In this document: positions 24,052-37,963 of the stretch, piece after piece
Position numbering within the stretch: position 1 is the first letter of the stretch
Layout of the letters: every line of letters starts with the position of its first letter
From: Paraglomus brasilianum
Taxonomy: Eukaryota
Length of the DNA: 40,783 nt
Reading direction: 5' to 3'
NCBI GenBank assembly: GCA_910592345.1
Contig: CAJVPI010000230.1
Location: forward strand, 1-40,783
Translations under genes and position numbers: made by a program
The notes under the pieces: model-generated
What the model saw: the letters and a program-made list of their open reading frames with translations, nothing else
Database searches by the model: none
Told to the model about the DNA's origin: nothing

Positions 24052-27000
24052 ATGAGCTTGATCAATCGAAGAACATATTTTCTTCTCTTGTGTCTACTTG
24101 TTTTTGTCAATTTTGCTGGATTCTTATGGGAACAACAGCGGAATAGACGACATGAGACTAATGTGTTTGGGAATTCTGTGCGAGAAGTGAAACTGGTAAA
24201 AAGGTCTGTTTCGCTAGAGGGATCTGACCCAGCTCTTGCAGAAACCAACTCGATTGCTTTCCAGATGTCGGGGGAAGGGGACACTATTGAGCAGACAGAG
24301 GTAATTAGGTTTCTCCTCGATAGGTTGCCTTTGCAGTTCAGTGTAATTGCAGCAGACGCGTCTCGGGAAATCGATGCTCGTTGTGTGTTTCGCGATGCTG
24401 ACGTTGCTGTCCAGATAGTACGTTGAACTCTGCCGTGCACACGCGTTCAAAGAAAATATTTACTGTGTGCTGCTTACGGATACCTTTTCACTGATTAGTT
24501 AATATTGGGGCCACCCGGATCTCAATAAACGCAACGATCCTGAGATAAACCGTCTCTATGCTGGGAAACGACTTCCTTTTGATAATGCTCTGTGCTTCTT
24601 TCAGATGGTAATATTTATGTCTCTTTCTTTTGCCTTACTGTCTAGTGCGATGATATTTATAGTCATCCAGATGTCTGCGCATACGTAAGAGAAAATTGCC
24701 GAGACTATTCTTCCGGACTGATCAATTATCTCGAAATTTACTTTTGCGGCATGAAGAAAATCAGGCTTTTCGCTCTTGCAATGCTTGTACGTCATTATCG
24801 GAATATATCATACCTATGCATAGTCTTTTATCAAATTGAATGAACTATTAATTGGTTCCGTTTTCACTTTGAAAAGTTTCTTTGGCTACTTTTCCTCTTT
24901 GGATTCGTAGGTGTAGCTGCCTCGGACTTTTTCTGTCCCAATTTAAACACTATTGCTTCGAGTTTGAATCTATCCGAAAGTTTGGTAAATACAGAAGCAT
25001 CACGGCGTTGAAATATAATACGATCGAATCTAATAGCATCGTTCTATATATTAACTATTCTCGCTCTTTTGTCCATTGATAAGGCTGGTGTGACGTTTTT
25101 GGCTTTTGGAAATGGATCACCCGACGTATTTAGCACGTTTAGTGCAATGTCGAACAATTCAGGCTCTTTAGCTATTGGAGAATTAATAGGCGCTGCCGCC
25201 TTTATATCATCTGTGGTTGCAGGGTCTATGGCAGTAGTAAGACCGTTTCGCGTCACAAGAATACCATTCATTAGAGACGTTTTGTTTTTTATGGGGGCCT
25301 TGTTATTTATTCTAATAATTATTTCGGACGGTTATATTCGCATGTGGGAAAGCATTCTGTTAATTTTGTATTATTTTACCTATGTCAGTGTTGTTGTTAT
25401 TGGAAGTTGGCGAGTAAGTCAAAATAAAAGACATCGATGGCTAGAACAAAGGGCTCGAGATGAGTACGCTCCCCCGTCGGAGGACAGTATAATTGAAGAT
25501 AGTGGAGTGCTGAATGATGATGATGACTACGACCAAGATTCTTATGGATATAACTCGTTCGGCGAGACGGATTTTCTGTTACAAGGCCATGAGCGAGATG
25601 AAGAAGCCGGTCATGCTACAACTCCCATCTCTATGACTGCGCTGAACAGAAATTATAACAATTATTTTTCGCCATCGTCTTTCATTACAATGAGCGACAT
25701 TGTAGATCAAGCAGGGAGCTTCCATCACCACCATGGCGCAAAACAAAGATCATTACATCACGGAATGAGACCTTCACTCTTTGGAGCCATTGAGGTAAAG
25801 AAAAAATCATTTTTAGATAGTATTGCTTCCTCCTTTTTTCTTTCCGATCGAAGCTGGATGTCCATCATTGCTGATGAATTCTATTGAACTTACAACTAAT
25901 TTAGTTCCGCGATCTTGTGAAATCACTCAAGTTGAATAGCAGTGCAAGAGCGCTCGGCGTATTTGGCCGTAGTTATTCATCAGAATTTAATCACCCTGGA
26001 ATACAAAGGCCCAGAGTAGAGCGCAGTAATACAACGCCGCTTCGTAGCTTATATGAAAATCCTCGGGCTGGTCTTGATACCATATATGATGCGTTTGGTC
26101 TTTCAACGCCCGGTAATAGTAACACTGTTCGACGTGATAATATCCTAGGACTGTCTGGGGTACCTAGTCTATCGTCCGGTTTGTCTCCTTACATTGACAT
26201 TGATCAAAGTTCGAGGTCAGCAGAAACAAATTTGCAGCCAGATGACACACAATCGGATTCATCGAATGCATTACAAGTACCACGTTTAAATGTCGTTCCC
26301 CCGACCCCATCAAGGAGCCCATTGCTATCACCATTGGCGTTTTCCTATTCGCCATCTTCAATGGCAGCTGACTCTGAATTTCCGGGTGATGGTTTACCAC
26401 AATCCAATTCCTACCTTCAATCGCCACCATCGCCTGTCACACCGCTTCCTTCGCCAGTGCTATCAGCTGACGTATCTGCAGATGTGGAGAACCCAGTTAT
26501 TCAAAAGTTTTACCTGAATTCAATATGGGAGAAATTTCAGCCAACTTTATTCCCTTCCCTCACTGGATTCAGATCAAAATCATACTTTGCCAAGTTCATT
26601 GCATTGATTGCATGCCCAGCCAATTTACTTCTTGTTCTTACACTACCAGTTGTCGAAGCTGATAAGCTATCCAGCGATGATGAAAAACGAGTGGACGATT
26701 CTCCAACTATTTTTAATTCACATTTGGACCCACCGCGAATTACACTCGATGATGAAGACATTGATATGGATTTGTCGAAGGGCGCAGATGGAGAAAACGG
26801 GTGGAGTAGATGGTTGACCACTTTTCAACTTGTATCTGCTCCTGTATTTGTTGTTAGCGTTCTTGTTGGTAAGAAGCGTTTGCTTTAGAAGAATGAGCCA
26901 TATATATAATAACCGTCTAATTGAGATTCGTATGTTTTTAGTGACTAATGGTTTCGACTGCAAGGCCATCCTTTATGCTTTTGCTGTCGGCTTCATTCTT

Positions 27001-27766
27001 TCGCTACTTTATCTGAGGACCACAGACTGTGATCGCCCACCATCTTATTATACGTTATTCTGTTTTCTCGGTTTTGCAGTTGCAATTGTATGGATATTTA
27101 TTGTGGCCAATGAAGTTGTTGGGGTGCTTCAGGTATTTGCTCCAAGAATAGTAGATGATTGTTCGTCGCTTTCCGTAATAGATACTAAGCAATTGCTTTC
27201 TTCGTGTGTAGGCTATAGGATTAATAATGGGCCTGAGTGATGCTATACTGGGACTGACTATCTTTGCTATGGTAATTGTGTGCATTACATGTGTGTATCG
27301 TTCTTGTGTTCAAGTATTTATCTTATTTGATATAACAGGGCAACAGCCTCGGAGACTTTGTGGCTAACATCACAATAGCACGTATGGGATTCCCAATGAT
27401 GGCCATGAGTGCATGCTTTGGGGGACCGATGCTTAGTAAGTTCAATGAATTCGTATTTATGCTATTCAATTACGAGCTCTTCGCATCTCATCATACATTG
27501 TTGCTTCAGACATCCTCCTCGGGGTTGGCATAAGTGGTACGTATATGACATTGAAGACGCAAGAGTCTTACAAAATCAGCGTCTCTCCCACATTATTCGT
27601 TTCATCCATTGGGCTCTTGATATCGCTTGCATCATCGTTGATCTACTTACCTCGTACGGACTACTGGATGACGAGAAAATGGGGATACTCTCTGATCGGA
27701 TTGTATATTACATGTATGATTATTAATGTTGTGCTTGAATTGATTGGTATCGGGGATATTCAATAA
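24052..27766 (+). CDS. ECM27: Cation/Ca2+ exchanger (CCX/NCLX, Ecm27-like Na+/Ca2+ exchanger), 9 exons
   Basis: Exons 24052-24300, 24646-24786, 24877-24984, 25084-25794, 25905-26868, 26942-27132, 27212-27271, 27339-27435, 27510-27766. It has the Cys-rich CAYVRENC...LINYLEIYFC, ASDFFCPNL, alpha-1 repeat AGVTFLAFGNGSPDVFST and alpha-2 repeat ILGLTIFAMGNSLGDFVAN...MAMSACFGGPMLN. Confidence 0.93.
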
Positions 27767-27956
27767 ATACACCTTGTTGGTTGACAGAAACTGTAGTTGA
27801 TGAATTGAAATTGATATGCCTGAGAGGCCCAACTGCTCACATTCTCAATTCATGAATTTACTTTAGCACTAGCAATTGAAAGATGACACTCAATTACCTC
27901 TTGTCCACAGCCCAATATTCGTACTGTGCATTTTAATTACATAAAAGACCGAATTA

Positions 27957-28782
27957 TCATGTTGGTGGGGGAGTAGGTTCATGTATCTAAAAAGAAATAG
28001 AGTTTAATTGGCAGATTATTCCTGGTAGTAATAGGTCTCTCACATCCAAACATTTACCACTTACACATCTCGCTACATTCATCCAATCCATTGCTTTAAC
28101 AACGCAATCATTCGAGTCGGGAGCATCGTCTTGATTCCAAAGCATAAACGACTGGAATGTTTGTACAACATCCCAGTAACGCGTCTGTTCGCTTCCATCA
28201 GGGCTGTCCATAAAAGTTTGCGGAGAAATTGAAGGTTGATTTGTTTCTTTGAAAATATAGCCTGAATAAAACGAGTTGTTAATAAAAATCAGCAAGCTAC
28301 TCAATTAATCACATATAAAGCTCATTCAACGACCTTTGAGGTTCTCTGGGATATCAATCTGCTTTCCTAAAAGGTGTCTACCTCTGAAAGAAGACTCGTA
28401 TATTTTTTCTACAGTTCACGAGATGTCTTTTATTGTCAATTTTAATCATGAACGCAAAAGAGCACGTAATTCATTAAACAACCAACCTCCAAGTAAACCT
28501 TTACCGATTCGTACATTAGGATAAAGGTTGGAAAAACAAAAGAGTTAGTCAGGCTAAGCCAATTCGCAGTCTCTATGAGTATTGAATAAATTTATGCAAT
28601 ATTGACCAAGCCTTACCAGTTGCACTATTATTCACATTTGCAGATTGATCCGTGTCCAGTTCTTCGATGAAAAAATATGCATTTACGTTTGCTTTTCCAT
28701 TGTAGTTGATATTACAAGGAAGTAAATGCATTTCCTGAACTTCATTTGACTTTGGGCTTGTTGAAATATAAATCTCGTCCAT
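27957..28782 (-). CDS. RNH203: Ribonuclease H2 subunit C (Rnh203/RNASEH2C-like)
   Basis: Exons 28782-28617, possible microexon 28498-28487, 28408-28334, 28261-28065, 27986-27957. Motifs MHLLPCNINYNGKANVNAYF, ESSFRGRHLLG, FMLWNQDDAP and AMDWMNVARCIHEP. Confidence 0.9.
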
Positions 28783-29819
28783 TGATGAAAATTAAAAACG
28801 GAGAATTTGTCGATCTGTTATTAGGACAAAAACCGATTGGAATCTCAATTGCCATATTAGGTAGCCCCGAAAGATGCAAACGCTGACAATGACCCCCAAC
28901 GAAAATCCGCAACCAAAGACGCGAATAAAATTTGTATGCCATAAACATGTAACAATTAATGATCACTGTATGATTCGAAAGCTAAAGGCATTTATCAAGC
29001 TGACTTATTCACTGTTCAAAGGTCACCGTACACCCGACATAAATGAGTAAATGCTTTGAAATTTTCCTTGCTATAATGTATTACAAATCCTGATTACCTG
29101 TAAAAACTTTAGCTCGGTCGAACGTCTTCAGTAAATTTTCTAAGCATCCTGCATTTGCATTTGTCTCTAAACCATCAAACCATATCAAAACTACACATCA
29201 CTTGTGCTTTAAAATCCATATCTTCACGTGTTCTGATAGCTCTGCATGATTTTTTTTTATTAAGCTCACTCTACGTGTGGGTCCGACCGACAATCAACTA
29301 CCGAGAAAGGATAACTTCGAAATAATGTTGGGAAATATTTGTCGGGAAATGATTGTCGTTGCCTCCCCTACGTGTCCCTCTTATACTTGCAATAACGCGC
29401 ATGATATCCAATTAGCTGCACGATTGTTCATCGATTGTGATCGGCCAATCAGAGAATTTCACCTATATTATCATTGATGAATCTTTTTTGATTGCTAGTT
29501 AACTTATTGTAAAGATTGAACCCACATTTCCTTTATTTGTTGTCTCAACCACATTTATAATCACGGGATACCAAAAACCTTACGCGTAATCGAAAAACTT
29601 CTTTCTAGCGAACCTCAACGTAAACAGCAAAACTATTTCTTCTCTTTTACGCGTATCATCTTGTTCTCTAGAAAAAGGTAAGTTGTTATGTCTTATTAGT
29701 ATGACGACTCTTCTCTTTTCATACCTAATGTATACTTTTTGTTAGTTTGTTTTCGAAAAGAAGGACGATTGGAAAGGAGAAAAAAAGAAACAAAGAAAAG
29801 CGGGAGAAAAGAAACAAAG

Positions 29820-30492
29820 ATGGAGGAAAAACTGGTTGAGAGAAATAGGAAAGAGAAAACTATTCAGGAAGAAATCGACGAGGCATACCAAGCCTGGTGT
29901 ATTGCCGCGGATAAAGACGCAGACCTTAAATGTACTGCAGTACAAAACGATGAACCACTCCAAGGTATGCTTAGCACTATCGCTATATAAGAAAAACGCC
30001 AAATATTTATGAACTTATTACTCTATACTTTCAGGGAAATTACTTTTAGAGCCCGCAACAAAGCTTTCAAATAAACCACCTTCGCTTTGGAATGAAGACG
30101 ATGTTATGCCAATCGCAAAACTTATCTCCGGTCGAATTGCTATCGATGGAACAGGGGATAACAGCGAGGGAGCTTGGGCCTTTGCTATGATAAGCCATGA
30201 ATTCAATCTATTTTTAGATAAGCACGATGAGATACGCGGATTAATTGATCCAACCTACGTTGTAGCCGATGTTGGTGGGCAAAATTTGCCCAACTTTCAA
30301 CTTAACCGCTACCCACCACCAGGTAGTCCGATTAATGCATTGACACAATATTCAGATTCAAAATATATATGGGCTTTCAACGGTGCTGGGGGAATTAATC
30401 GAGCACAGCATTTAGTTGGCTGGATCCAAGCTTTGGTTCCTGGGATTAGATTATTCGTATTCAGCACTAATTCTCCTGCACAATATTTTTAA
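29820..30492 (+). CDS. Hypothetical protein, 200 aa, 2 coding exons plus a probable 5'UTR intron
   Basis: Exons 29820-29964 and 30035-30492 join in frame (603 nt) across a GTATGC...TTTCAG intron. An upstream GTAAGT at 29678 and ctaat...ttag near 29745 suggest a UTR intron. No domain recognised. Confidence 0.7.
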
Positions 30493-31422
30493 TTATTTTG
30501 CATTATTAAAATCAAAAATATCTGATAGGCTTCTCGTTTGCTTTTTTTCATTAATATACTTTGATGTCTGGAAATTAACGTTACTCTAGCTTTCATAGAT
30601 AGACGTTTACAGAGTTATTAAATATTTCGGATTATTCGTATTAAGAAATAATAAACACAACCATTATTATAAGTAGATTTGATAAATCGGATTGTGTAAT
30701 AAACGCTATTTTGCCTATACCAATGAAGAGACTACATGATTATTACATACATATTCACGTGATATCCCCATTATTAACATCCCAGTCAGTGTTCGTGTAA
30801 CGCAGATAACACAGGGTCAATTATTAGAATGCACGATAATGTAACCGCATGGCATGCTGATCACTACCGCTTTAGAATGTTATTAAAATTTATTCACACG
30901 TCGAGGAAAAAAGTTCGGATTACTATTATTATCTTCTTCTTTTGCTCTTTAAAGTTATGACATTATTTGTGGCGTCTAATATTGCATTTCATATGGAAAA
31001 AAAACACCCACGATACAGAGATAATTAACTGACAAAATCATATTGCTGAATGATTCGCATTCTTGCTATGCCAATAAGAGTTTGGTTTTTCAATATTCGA
31101 TATAATAAACAGAGTCACACGCAATTAACGTTGCCTGTTGAAAGTTGGAAATTTATTTGCATTTGGAAACTCAATCTAACATTAGTCTCTTCCTACATTC
31201 AGTAACCCAATTGCATATTAAAAAGTTTTGTTTTTTATTAAAAAAAGTAAAATCCCGGAAATCAATTACATAATTAAAATCAAATTTACATTTCACTCAA
31301 TCAGTGAAAATGTGGTTTATTTTGTCTATCCAAATGTAAATACAAAAAAAAAAAAATGCTTGATGAAAATGTGGTTAAAATATTAAGAGTAAATTGAATG
31401 AACAGTATAGAATTGTTGGCTC

Positions 31423-34353
31423 CTACGCCGCTTCTTGCTGCGTAAGCTTCTTAGTGGAGGATCCCTTCATGACCATTAATGCTTTGCAGACATATACAAC
31501 CTTTCTAATTTTCTTTACAGTCTTGGCAACCTTCTTCAAACGTTCTGCCTCGACCTTACGAGCTTGTAACTTGTTTCTCCTTGTTGGGGTTGGGAAAACC
31601 CTAGCAGTAAACGCAAATGACCAGCGCTTGAATAATTGCACTTTGACAAAATCAAGTACAAAGAAGTAGACAAGCGAGAAACTGATGATCGAAAGACCCC
31701 ATCCCCAACCAATGGCGGGAGTAAGCACACCGTAGATAGAGATAAACATGGCAAAGACTTGAGTACCCATAACAGCCACGAAGAAGATGGGTGATGGAAG
31801 ATTCTCCCAGAAGTAACCGGAAAGACGTGTAGAAAAGATAACAAAGTGCGGACATGAAGAAATATGAAGATACATGATTGTCTCGAGTCTCTTGTCGTCC
31901 CCCTTCTCGGGAATGTTGAATACATCACGTGCAATGAAGTAATGACCAAACGATGCTGCCGTGAGGAGAGCGCCGAGCAATATTGATAGAGTTATCAGTT
32001 GACCAAGACGCCATTTGTCTGGTTGTTTCGATATCTTTGCGTTGTCAACAGCAATGACAAGGGTTGCAGCGTCATTAAGAATGGTAATCAAAATCAAAAG
32101 AATAGCTTCCATGGTCCAATCACGGGCGAGAGTAATGGTAAAGAAGAACATCAAGAAATGCACTGTGGAGGTGATACGATACAAGGCATATGATCGCATA
32201 CGTTGGAAAATTGCTCTTGAAGTTGTAATACCATCAACGATTGTAGAAAGACCAGGTGCAAGCAATACGATATCAGCAGCGGACCTTGCAGCATCCGTAC
32301 ATCCGTGAACGGCAATACCAACATTAGCCTTCTTCAAAGCTGGGGCATCATTCACACCATCACCAGTCATACCGACAAGCAATCCTTTCTTTTGCAATAA
32401 TTCTACTACTCGGTATTTGTGTTCAGGAATGACTTGAGCAAATCCATCGGCTCTCTCACAATGTTCTGTTACTTCTTCTTCAGACTTTGTGGCATCTACC
32501 AAGTGGTTGGCATCGAGAATAACACGTTGCATTCCTAGACGGTGAGCGACTTCTTTGGCAATGATCAATTGATCACCTGTAATCATTTTAACTTCAACAC
32601 CGTAGCCATTGCATCGACGAATGGTTTCGGCAGAGTCTGGACGTGGAGGATCGAGAAGGGAGATCATACCGACTAATTCGTAATTCTCAAGATTACCAGG
32701 TTTCGTGCGGGCCACACCGAGAGCGCGAAGACCACGACGTGCAAGTGCATTAACTGCTTTGACAGCCTCGTCATCACCGCCGACCAAGTTGATTATCACC
32801 TGCGGAGCACCCTTTGCTACTTTGAATACAGCTTTCGTGTCGACATTGAGAATAGTGGCAGAAGTCATCTTGGTGGTTGGATTAAATGGAACAAAGGCAG
32901 TCTGTTTGTATCCGGGGATTTCATGCTTGTTGGGACGATTCTTGAGCAAATCGAGACTGTTCTCGGCAGCAGTTCTTACGGCAGACTCAATTGGGTCATT
33001 TGCACCAGGCTCAGCTGACAAGTACGAGTATAATAGAATGTCTTCTTCGCTGAAACCAGGAGATAAATAAGGTTTGTCGAAAGTGAGTTCGTTGAGCGTT
33101 AGGGTACCAGTCTTGTCTGAACATAATACAGAGATGGATGCCATTTCTTCTACAGCCGTAAGACGTTTGACGATAACCTTCTTTGCAGCAAGTTGCTTAG
33201 CACCCACAGCCATGGTGACGGACAATACAGTTGGAAGACCGACGGGAATAGCAGCAATGGTGAGCACGAGAACGTTTCCGAGGACATTGAGTACCTTTCC
33301 ATCATCAGTGTGACGGAACTTGATCATTTGGTACACAAAAATGATAGCGACCAACACACTCGTAATCAAGATCAAGAAATTTCCAATTTGGTTGACAATT
33401 TTCTGGAAATGACCCTGTTCGACAGTAATCGAAATCAGATTTGCAGCTCTGCCAATAAAAGTGTCACTGCCAGTCTTTATGACGACAGCCAACATTTGGC
33501 CCTGCTTGACAATGGACGAGGCGTAAACGGTATCACCCTTCTTCTTCTCGACTGGTAACGATTCGCCGGTCAATGCAGATTGATCGATGGAGAGAGCACC
33601 TTCAGTTTCGCCACCAGTGACTGAAATACCCAATAAACGAGCATCGGCGGGAATGATATCACCAAGACGAAGACCAATAACATCACCGGGTACCAGTTCT
33701 GCGACATCGAGATCGATAAAGTGACCGTCACGCCAGACTTTTGCCTTGAGTGCAAGCGTGTTTTTGAGGGCGTCGAGAGCAGACTCGGCACGAGCTTCTT
33801 CGATGAAACCGATAAAAGCGTTGGTAAAGAGAAGGGCTAGAATGACACCAAAGTCGAGCTAAGAGGGAAAAAAAAAAAGATTAGAGAAATAACGAGGATT
33901 AGTTTAATAATACCAAATCGGCAAGTATACTAATGATTCGCCAGATCGTTGACAAATAAAATTTACCCAATGTTTGAGAACAATCGCAAAGATGCAAGCC
34001 AGTTCGATCAAGTAAGCAATAGCACCGGTGAAATAACCCAAAAACTTTAGTAGATAATTAGTCTTCACTTCAGCAATTTCATTGCGACCAAATCTTTCCA
34101 TTCGCTTTGCGGCTTCCTCGGTAGTGAGACCTTTTGTTGGATCTGTGTGAAGCAGCTCTTCGAGCTCTGGTGGGATGTCCTCGGCTACGTGGATATGTTC
34201 ATGTTCTTCCACTTGGAGATTGCCAACTTTCTTTTCCTGTTTCTCATCGATGGTTTCTGATTTTTCATTAGTGACACTGACGTGTTCTGTAGTGACGGTG
34301 ACTATTTCCTCTGTTATTTCGTCAGAGGAAACGACCTTCTTTTCTTCAGACAT
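31423..34353 (-). CDS. PMA1: Plasma-membrane H+-ATPase (P3A P-type ATPase), 2 coding exons, 940 aa
   Basis: Exons 34353-33967 and 33858-31423. Motifs DQSALTGESLP, IPVGLP, the phosphorylation site CSDKTGTLT, KGAPQ, DPPR, MITGD, GMTGDGVNDAPALKKA and SRAIFQRMRSYALYRI. Confidence 0.97.
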
Positions 34354-34391
34354 TAGGTTTGTTTTTGTTGTTTTTTTGTGTTATAAAAATT

Positions 34392-34469
34392 CTAATAGAA
34401 TGCGTAGAGATAGATATATTATAGTTTACAAAGAGAAAGGTAATAATGGGAAAGGTTTCTTCAGCTTAC
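34392..34469 (-). other. Probable 5'UTR intron of the H+-ATPase gene
   Basis: Minus-strand GTAAGC donor at 34469, a pyrimidine-rich body, and a TTAG acceptor ending at 34392, 38 nt before the ATG. Confidence 0.55.
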
Positions 34470-37400
34470 AATAATTGATTATTGTGTTTGCATATAATAG
34501 TCTAATACTTTTTGATAAAGCTAAAAATAATGCGTTTTTCCTTCTATCCAGTAGTAGTAAACAAATCGCACCAAAATTCTCGATATTAGTTTGGATGTAG
34601 ATTCCCCTATATCAGCCGAATGCTTTTATAGTACATTGAATAGACAGATAGAGAATAACAGGTACAATTAATTGAAGGGCTACAAAAGAGTCGTATTTTT
34701 TTTTCAGCTGGTCTGCAAGCGTTTGGGATGGCTCTATTTAAAGGCCTCCTGATAGTCGATAAGCTTTCCTTCATGATTTTGGGTATGACAAATAATCGAT
34801 TAAAATAAATAAATAACATTTTGGGAAAAAATTTATTTAATAATTGTTCATTCATATATAAAAGTAAATATATTGCGATAAGCAATTCAAGGTTGCAGAT
34901 GATTGGAGGGACAAGATAAAATAAAATTGATTTGTATATTGTATATCGATAATACTTAATATAATACTGTATATATACATGTAGTGACCATATAAGCAAA
35001 AAATGCCAAGACATTTACCTACATGCAATTCTTTCACATTATTCGTACCTTCATATGCTTCTTTAGCATCACACCTTCCAACAAGAAGCATTATTATCTT
35101 ATCAGATCTTTCAAAGGTTCAATCAATAAAAGATCCGTGATGAATAATCGATAATCAACGTAGATTGAGATGGGCGGCGAGCGTTGTGTGTATAAATGAA
35201 TACATAATGTCAACCCACCAATGGCAGCACTGGGCTGTCAACTTGTTCTGATATATATTTTTACGTTTTGCACCGAAAATATCGCACATCAAACCATGAT
35301 AGTGTGTGATTATGTGTGATAGATAGACAGATAGACACCATTGAAACTATCGAATGCATTGGCAACATGCTAGTTATGAAATGTCCCTTTGGTTTCGTAT
35401 TTTTTTTTTCCTGCCTATCTGCTATTTGTGGATTCCATGTGTTCGATTTTGACACTGGGTTTGTTTATTATTATTATTATGTCAATGCGAAGTGTCTTAA
35501 CATAGACAAATAATATATCTCATGTAATAATGTATTCAATGTTTTTATATTAAATGTTGTTTTCTGAACCGCGTTTTCGGGTCAAGTGAATGTAAAGAAA
35601 CCGTCACATGGAAATTGCATAGTACGAAGGGATGAGATTATATTTCGATTATTAATTGCAATAGACATGATCATTGCCCATCTAGACCTTTTGACCCTTT
35701 GTCATTCCACTTCGAATATGCAACGTTAACTCGGGTAGCATAAATTTACGAACATTCATTCTCGATAATGACCCATAATTATTGTCAATTCAGACTGGTA
35801 TGAAAGACCAAAATGGGAGTCTCGGAATGGCCCTGATTACGGGCATGAGCGTTATGCGATGATCGATGGACTGTTGAGATAGGCAACACCATGTCGCGTG
35901 ACTACAGGGACAACATGACGAATTATTAATATTGTATGGCAAGTTTTATGGGTGATATGTATTACTACAGTTCAAGTTACGGTCGAGCTTTCCATGTATT
36001 AGTTCTTTGATAGACAGGGGCGAGGGGGGGAAGGAAATATTGTCTCGATGTGACAATTTAGATTTACTGCCATTACCCATTTTAGCAACATTTTTCACAA
36101 ACCATTTTAATTTTACGCCCTTTTCGCTGATTTGTAAATGATAAGAACAAGCTACCTGACGTACCACTCAAATATTAGCACAGATTGTGTGACTTTATAT
36201 ATTGCCTAATATCGTTTAAGATGACCAATATAAGGAAAGTACAAATGACATACTGTCTCGCTGATCCCCGTTTGATCATGTGCTATGACACTCATCAATA
36301 TATTGGTCGGCTAAAGATTAGTCATTCTCTTTCCTACATTGCCCAATATATGTACACAATATGGAATTGTCAACAGAATCACTCATTAATTTGCTCACGC
36401 AGTTCTGTGCATATCAAAATCACATGACTGAATTCTCTGACAGTTTCAAGCAACATCCTGTATCATATATAATAGTTTCGTCTATCTGGCATGGCCCAAT
36501 GACAAGCAGGTTTAGATGAAACATCTTTTGCAGAGGTACTAGAGCGACTCGTGATTATCCTGGCCGTCTTTATTAGCATGTATCGGTGGAAAGCGGGAAA
36601 CTACGACCAAGATGAACCAACGCTATTTTGATCTGATTGATATAATCTGGCTATTTTTATCATCAATAAACCCATTCGAGCACCCACCGCTGATAATCAT
36701 ATTTTTCCTGCCCGCACATATGACCACATTTTGCCTTATCGGAAAATCAACCGTCACAAAGTTCTTCCAGAAAGCATGGGTTTTTGTTTACTTGACGTCA
36801 TGACATTGCACCAGTAATATTCCCAATCATGATAAATTAATTGCTTTTGATGATCGAACAAAAAGAGATGTAACAAGGAACGAAATGTGACACGAGATTG
36901 TACGTCGTGGTCCTAATATATCCACTATCTGATTTACTAATTGTTTGTGATACCGGCATTTTACCACTGTCATATCGATAGGTTCTCTGCTGCAATCTGA
37001 CCCTTAATATCCTACGTTTCAAGGATATATGTCTGACGAATGCATTAGTACAGTATGCGTTAGAGATCAGCATAGTAAAAACAAATACACAATAAATGAA
37101 AATGGAAATAATGGAGCTGAGGTACGATCACAGTATATAGTATACAAGTATATAATGTCCAAGACAAGAATAATAAATTAATATGGTTTGCATTCTCCTT
37201 TTGTCGATCATGTACCCCGTACTGGTACGAGTCAACTATCTTTCTCCAACCCAAATGTAGTAATCACTTGACATCAGTCATGCCGTGTAGTGCCGTGTAG
37301 TACCTTCTATAAACACTCTTAATATCATTTATCATTAATTAAGGAGATGAGGGTGTATGATATGTTATAGATGTCGATCGTACTAGTCAAAAACCATTGG

Positions 37401-37924
37401 AAGCAATCGCGAGATTAATGCGCGAATGAAATCGCACGACTGTCGGCTTGTAATGATGACTATCATCGGGATACATGACAAGGTCAAAAGAAGAAAACGC
37501 TACCGGGAAAGGCTGACCAAAGTATGCCTTGCCAAGTAACGTACTTTGGCGTACTTGCCTACCGGTGCCGGCTAATTTCCATTACGACCCGGTTTGGCTA
37601 TTTATTCTTTGGGCGTTGCTAATCCACGTGACTATTTATGAATATGTACTGGATATGTGGCGTACATTACAGTTTTCATGTGGTCGCAATTACGACACAT
37701 CATTCAGATGGAAGATAACGCCCAAAGTCAATAACAAATAATCCTGATGGGAAAGGGCGTGCCGATCACGGCCGAATACGTTTCCGAGGGACAGGTCACA
37801 AGTTTTCTACACACACAATGACTGCATTACAAGCCTGTATCTCGTGTCGATAAATTGTATGCGTTTCCCACAAGAAACTTTCTTGGTTGTCATGCGCAAT
37901 GCTGTCGGAAAGCTGACCGAGTCC

Positions 37925-37963
37925 TGCATGGATTTTTTTGCATGGATTTTTTTGCATGGATTT
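37925..37963. repeat. Tandem repeat, 14-nt unit TGCATGGATTTTTT, about 2.8 copies
   Basis: tgcatggatttttt tgcatggatttttt tgcatggattt. Confidence 0.8.

Noticed and set aside
24033..24795. Minus-strand ORFs over the exchanger's first exons
   Set aside because: They are antisense to exons 1-2 of the exchanger, which carry the conserved Cys motif on the plus strand.
31394..33558. Several plus-strand ORFs overlapping the H+-ATPase
   Set aside because: These are antisense shadows of a long, codon-biased CDS with no motifs of their own.
37925..37963. Direct repeats as a possible CRISPR-like array
   Set aside because: The 14-nt units are adjacent with no spacers, and the context is eukaryotic.
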